A stretch of 64,000 nucleotides of DNA, taken from NCBI GenBank assembly GCA_040954595.2, contig CM082594.2, forward strand, positions 10,110,296 to 10,174,295. The letters run 5' to 3'. The notes beneath the pieces are model-generated. The model saw only the letters and a program-made list of their open reading frames with translations, did not search any database and was not told where the DNA came from. Each line of letters starts with the position of its first letter. Positions within the stretch are counted from its first letter, which is position 1. Made by a program: the position numbers and the translations under genes. Shown piece by piece: positions 59,686 through 64,000 of the stretch. This stretch comes from Balanoglossus misakiensis (lineage: Eukaryota; Animalia; Hemichordata).

Positions 59686-62600
59686 ATGGACTCAACAAAA
59701 CTTCCACTGGTGATTTTGGTATTGGTTAGTTTGTTGTCCGTGTCCTCAGCCAAGGTGTCGAGTGCAGGATTGCCATCGTTGAATGATGATGGTGATCATG
59801 TGTGTTACAGAACAACAAGGTAAGAACCTTAGGAATCATAATCAGTCTTTAAAGGCACAGTAGCTGTAACGTACTTTAGATAATATTATTGGTAGTTTTG
59901 TTCTATGTTTCAACCACAGTTTCTTGTTCTACTCCCAAATATTGACAGGGATCAGAAGCAATCATCTGAGTGATAGATATAGTTACAATAATTTCTACAG
60001 TAATATCTAGTCTTGGTTGAACTTTAACCCCATTCACCATTACTTAACAACAAGTGTGTGTACCCCACCCATAGTTAAAGACCGCCAAACTAACTTCCCA
60101 TTTGTTTACAACCCGGAACTTTCAATTTATTTACATTGCGGAACTAACAATTGGTTTCCAACACACAAACTGATTATCGGTTGCCACAGCAACAGTGGTT
60201 GTTGACAAATATAATTTTTGTCCAAATGTATTTCCCTGGGTACTAATAGACTGACCTTGAAACACTTTGTGGCCTTTGATCATTTCGCAGTTCAGGTCAT
60301 TCGAGGCCAGTAAGTGATGGTCAAGGCTCTTGAAAGTTTAAAGCCTAGATATCTCAATGGTTTTTTTTTCAATTGAACAATTCCTTTGTGAATTGTCTTC
60401 CACCCCCAAGTGAGATATACTTCTAAACCTTGAATTGACTGCATTGGATGTAGTTTTCCAAACAAGAGGTGGACTTTAATGACATGCCCGATAAATTGAA
60501 CCTAAATCCTGACTGAAGTGCTGCAGAAGCTGAATTTCAAACCAAGTTTCTTTTTACGAAGAATTGGTCATCAATGAAGACACAAGATTACTTCCAAACA
60601 TTATCAACAAATCTATCAAAATAATTGCATAAATTCACTCCAGATTGATTTTCTGTAAAATTTTGTCGGAACTTTTCAATCTCGTGCAATGTAAAGAGAA
60701 ATTGTTGAGAGAAGTTTTTAGTCATTAGAGCATGTAATCATAAAATAGTGACTCATCTTGCGGTTGAAAGAGATTCGCTTGACCTACTTCGTGAAAGAAT
60801 ATAAATCGCAACTTGGCAAGCAATACAAAAGAAATCAGTGACAAGCACTGAAAGGTACAAGTGAAAGCTGTCGTGACCTGTTCGCCTGATTCTTTTGAAA
60901 AGAATGGTTTATTATGTTTGATTTGTAAGTTGGTTGATGGTCAGACGTGCTTGTTTAGTCTCTGTTGCTCTGTGGTGATGGCCTGGACATCCCAAGCAGG
61001 GGGGCGGGGGGGGGGGGCATTTGTGGACTGGTGCGTGGGTGTATGATTCAATAGTCTGAGGTCAATTCGTTGGCACATTCCAGTAAACAATATATGTTCA
61101 CCTGGACGGGATCGGCTGAATTTTTGTATGATGTCGTGCGTGAAGCAGTCTGTTGCGTTAGCATTCAACAATGATCTAGTACCGGATCTAGTGTCAGGAT
61201 TTATGTCATAAACACTTGTTGCGTAGGAGCAGACAATGACAAAAACTCCAATCACCTTGCCATGTAAAACAATAAAATATACCTGTCTGAACCACACATT
61301 TTACTGTCCCTTTGACAATATGTTAAAAGAACCTCTATAAACCAGACATGCACCTCTGCACACCGTACAATTTCTTCAGTCCCTTTGGTGTTTAGACAGG
61401 CTTTACTGTATACACCCTCTAGATTACCTGGTAGTAAAAGTTTCAAAGATTAATTATTGTATAATTGTTTTATTTGTTAATTATAATAACAGTTATAAAG
61501 AGTCAGTGCAGATGAGCTATGCTGAGCCCTATGACCAAGTGTATTACACCAGATGTTTCAATGTAATCAGTTGGTTTGCATGTACCAGAACAAGGACGGG
61601 ATACAGAGTGAGATACCGACGGGAATACAGGATCCAATACACAAGGGAAAAGGAATGTTGTGATGCTTATGCTCAGACTGGTGAATATTGTGTGCGTAAG
61701 TATGATTTTCAATTTGTTCATACAAAATATCTCATGTTTCTTGTACTTTGAGTATGTTCTTTTTCCATCACAGCACTTTTGTAGTAATGATCAGAACTGT
61801 TATTGTTGAACATTTAATTCCAGCCGGACTTGGTTATCTGTTGACAAGTTCATAAAAAGCTTGTAAATACAGACGTGTTTATGTGGTTTTTCCCCAGCAA
61901 TTTGTACCCTTTGCCTTCATGGAACCTGTGTTGCCCCACAACAATGTGAATGTGACCCTGGTTACACTGGATCAGAACAAGGATGTGTCAATCGTAAGTA
62001 TAAATCCATTTCCTAGAATTTACATCTATGACATTCTGAGTAAACCTGAGTGGACCTTTAATCAATGTATACTTATTTCTCTATGTTGTATTTTTTATTA
62101 ATAGCTGATTGTCCACAAGGGAAGTGGGGTGAGGGATGTCCAAATGATTGCTCTTGTGTGAATGATGCGGAGTGTAGCACTTTAGATGGATCTTGTACTT
62201 GCAAGCCGGGATATATAGGTATGTGGGTTCGTATACACTGGGAATATCCTGGAATTATGCTAACATAATTAAAACAGGAGATTGGAGATTGTTAACAGCT
62301 CAAAAGTATTTTGGACTTTGTGAATCACTAGAACATCCCTGGACAAAACTTTTGTAAATAATTTCAGTGAAAGTTTAGAGTCATCTGCTTATTTTTTCTT
62401 TTGTCACTTTCAGGTGTGAATTGTGAGCAGACTTGTGACCCCGGTTACCATGGTGACGGATGTGCTTTCTTGTGCCTGTGTCAAAATAATGCTACCTGTG
62501 ATTTCCAGACCGGAGCTTGTACCTGTGCTCCTGGATATCGTGGAGCTCTGTAAGTACAGCAAGCTGACAAAGTTGGAATTACTGAGGCTTTAAGACACCA

Positions 62601-64000
62601 CTTGTGGACTGTGATATTTCTTGAGTTCAAATAAAACTTGATTCTCTGTTTTGTTGATACACACAGTTGTGATGATAAGTGTCCGAGTGGCACAGCCGGT
62701 CAAGACTGTCAACAAGAATGTCAATGTCAAAACGGCGGTGATTGTCACCATGAAACTGGACTTTGTGACTGCACAGCAGGATGGACGGTGAGTGACGTAC
62801 TTGGAAAAAAAATTATTTCCATGTTGTATAAATCTGAAATGTGAACTTGTTCAGCATTTTTTCAAGTATTTTACAGAAATAGCATGAAAACTCTATTTAC
62901 TTTTTGATTAATGATAGGGTACTGTGTGCGGAGATGAGTGTCCATTTGGCGATTACGGACCAAACTGCGATCTATCCTGTGAATGCCGGAATGGGGCGGA
63001 ATGCGATCGATTCACCGGTGTCTGTAACTGTACGGCCGGATACGTGGGAGATATGTGTGATGTTACGTGTCAGCCGGGATTGTTCGGTTGGGATTGCGCT
63101 CTGCCTTGTCAGTGCCAGAATGGTGCTGCTTGTAACCATGTCAACGGATCATGCACGTAAGTTTGGGAGCGAATAAACATGTCCAATGAATTCTTGTGGA
63201 AAGCTACAGAAGTCAAGTCTGTTGCAGCAGACTTGTACATCTAAACGTATGTAATGATCTTTGAAATTAAGTCACAGCCATACAGCTAATTTCTTTTAGT
63301 GTATTAGTCTCATATATTCTTTGGTAAAAAGTTTATGTAATTTACGTTTTCCCCCCTGCAGATGCACACTTGGTTTTACTGGAGACACTTGTGAAGAAAG
63401 AGGTGAGAGTACATGAACAATTATGACACAGTTTTTGACATAGACCAAAATTTAAATGATGAAAGTATTCAATGTAGTAACGCTTTTCCTGACAATTTTC
63501 ATAACAATATTTTTTTTAATGTTCATCTAAATTTAGCATGCCCTGATTGGTATTATGGAGAAGGGTGCTCAGAACAGTGTGATTGTGAACTGGAAAATGC
63601 AAAAGAGTGAGTCATGGTCTTCATAAAACTTCTGTTAGCCAGAAATTTGAATCTAGAAAAATCTACAGATTTAATTAAACATACATTGTACATATGGGTG
63701 ATTAAAATCAAGTCTAGATTTTCTGTCTTTGCACAATTCATTTTTCATTTATGAATGATCAGGAAGACAATTTTGGATTGTGCAAATCTTGAACCTCATC
63801 CTAATTCATGTATTGTTGTACTAGTTGCCACCCTGGAAGTGGTGCCTGTATTTGCAAAGATGGTTTCATGGGAGAGACATGTGAAATGGTATGTCCGCAT
63901 CTGTGGTATGGTCCGGAATGCCAGCATGCATGTAGATGTGAAAATGGAGCTCATTGTGATAGAGTGGATGGATCCTGTACATGCCCTCCTGGCTACAATG
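59686..64000 (+). CDS. MEGF10: Multiple EGF-like domains protein 10/11 (Draper/CED-1-like engulfment receptor), 5' part
   Basis: Exons 59686-59819 (signal peptide MDSTKLPLVILVLVSLLSVSSA), 61493-61695 (EMI domain YDQVYYTRCFNVISWFACTRTR...CC..Y), 61898-61993, 62105-62218, 62414-62549, 62667-62787, 62918-63156, 63362-63402, 63537-63606, 63825->64000 (8-Cys laminin-type EGF repeats such as CPxGxxGxxCxxxCxCxNGxxC). Co-orthologous to MEGF10/MEGF11. Confidence 0.9.

Overview
AT-rich animal genomic DNA with spliceosomal GT-AG introns. It is probably a marine invertebrate deuterostome such as a hemichordate; that is an inference from gene style and repeats. I rebuilt exon chains by hand for six recognisable genes. 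These are a PPP1R16A/B (MYPT3/TIMAP)-like PP1 regulator (minus strand, runs off the left edge), an F-box/LRR gene with an intronless CDS (FBXL8/FBXL3-like, minus), TMPPE (plus, head-to-head with the F-box gene), PPIP5K/VIP1 (plus, 22 coding exons), an RNF180-like E3 ligase (minus, convergent with PPIP5K) and a MEGF10/11 (Draper/CED-1)-like receptor (plus, runs off the right edge). The 48-58 kb interval between RNF180 and MEGF is accessory-like. It holds local duplications, a possible decayed glycosyltransferase-92-like pseudogene and a head-to-tail dimer of a Helentron-type non-autonomous element. The most interesting item there is a 9-exon orphan gene (55401-58034) that the ORF track does not show. 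It encodes an approximately 319-aa acidic, putatively secreted, granin-like protein whose N-terminal coiled coil includes two 21-nt one-heptad microexons, and its first exon carries two apparent lesions. No rRNA, tRNA or CRISPR features could be supported.
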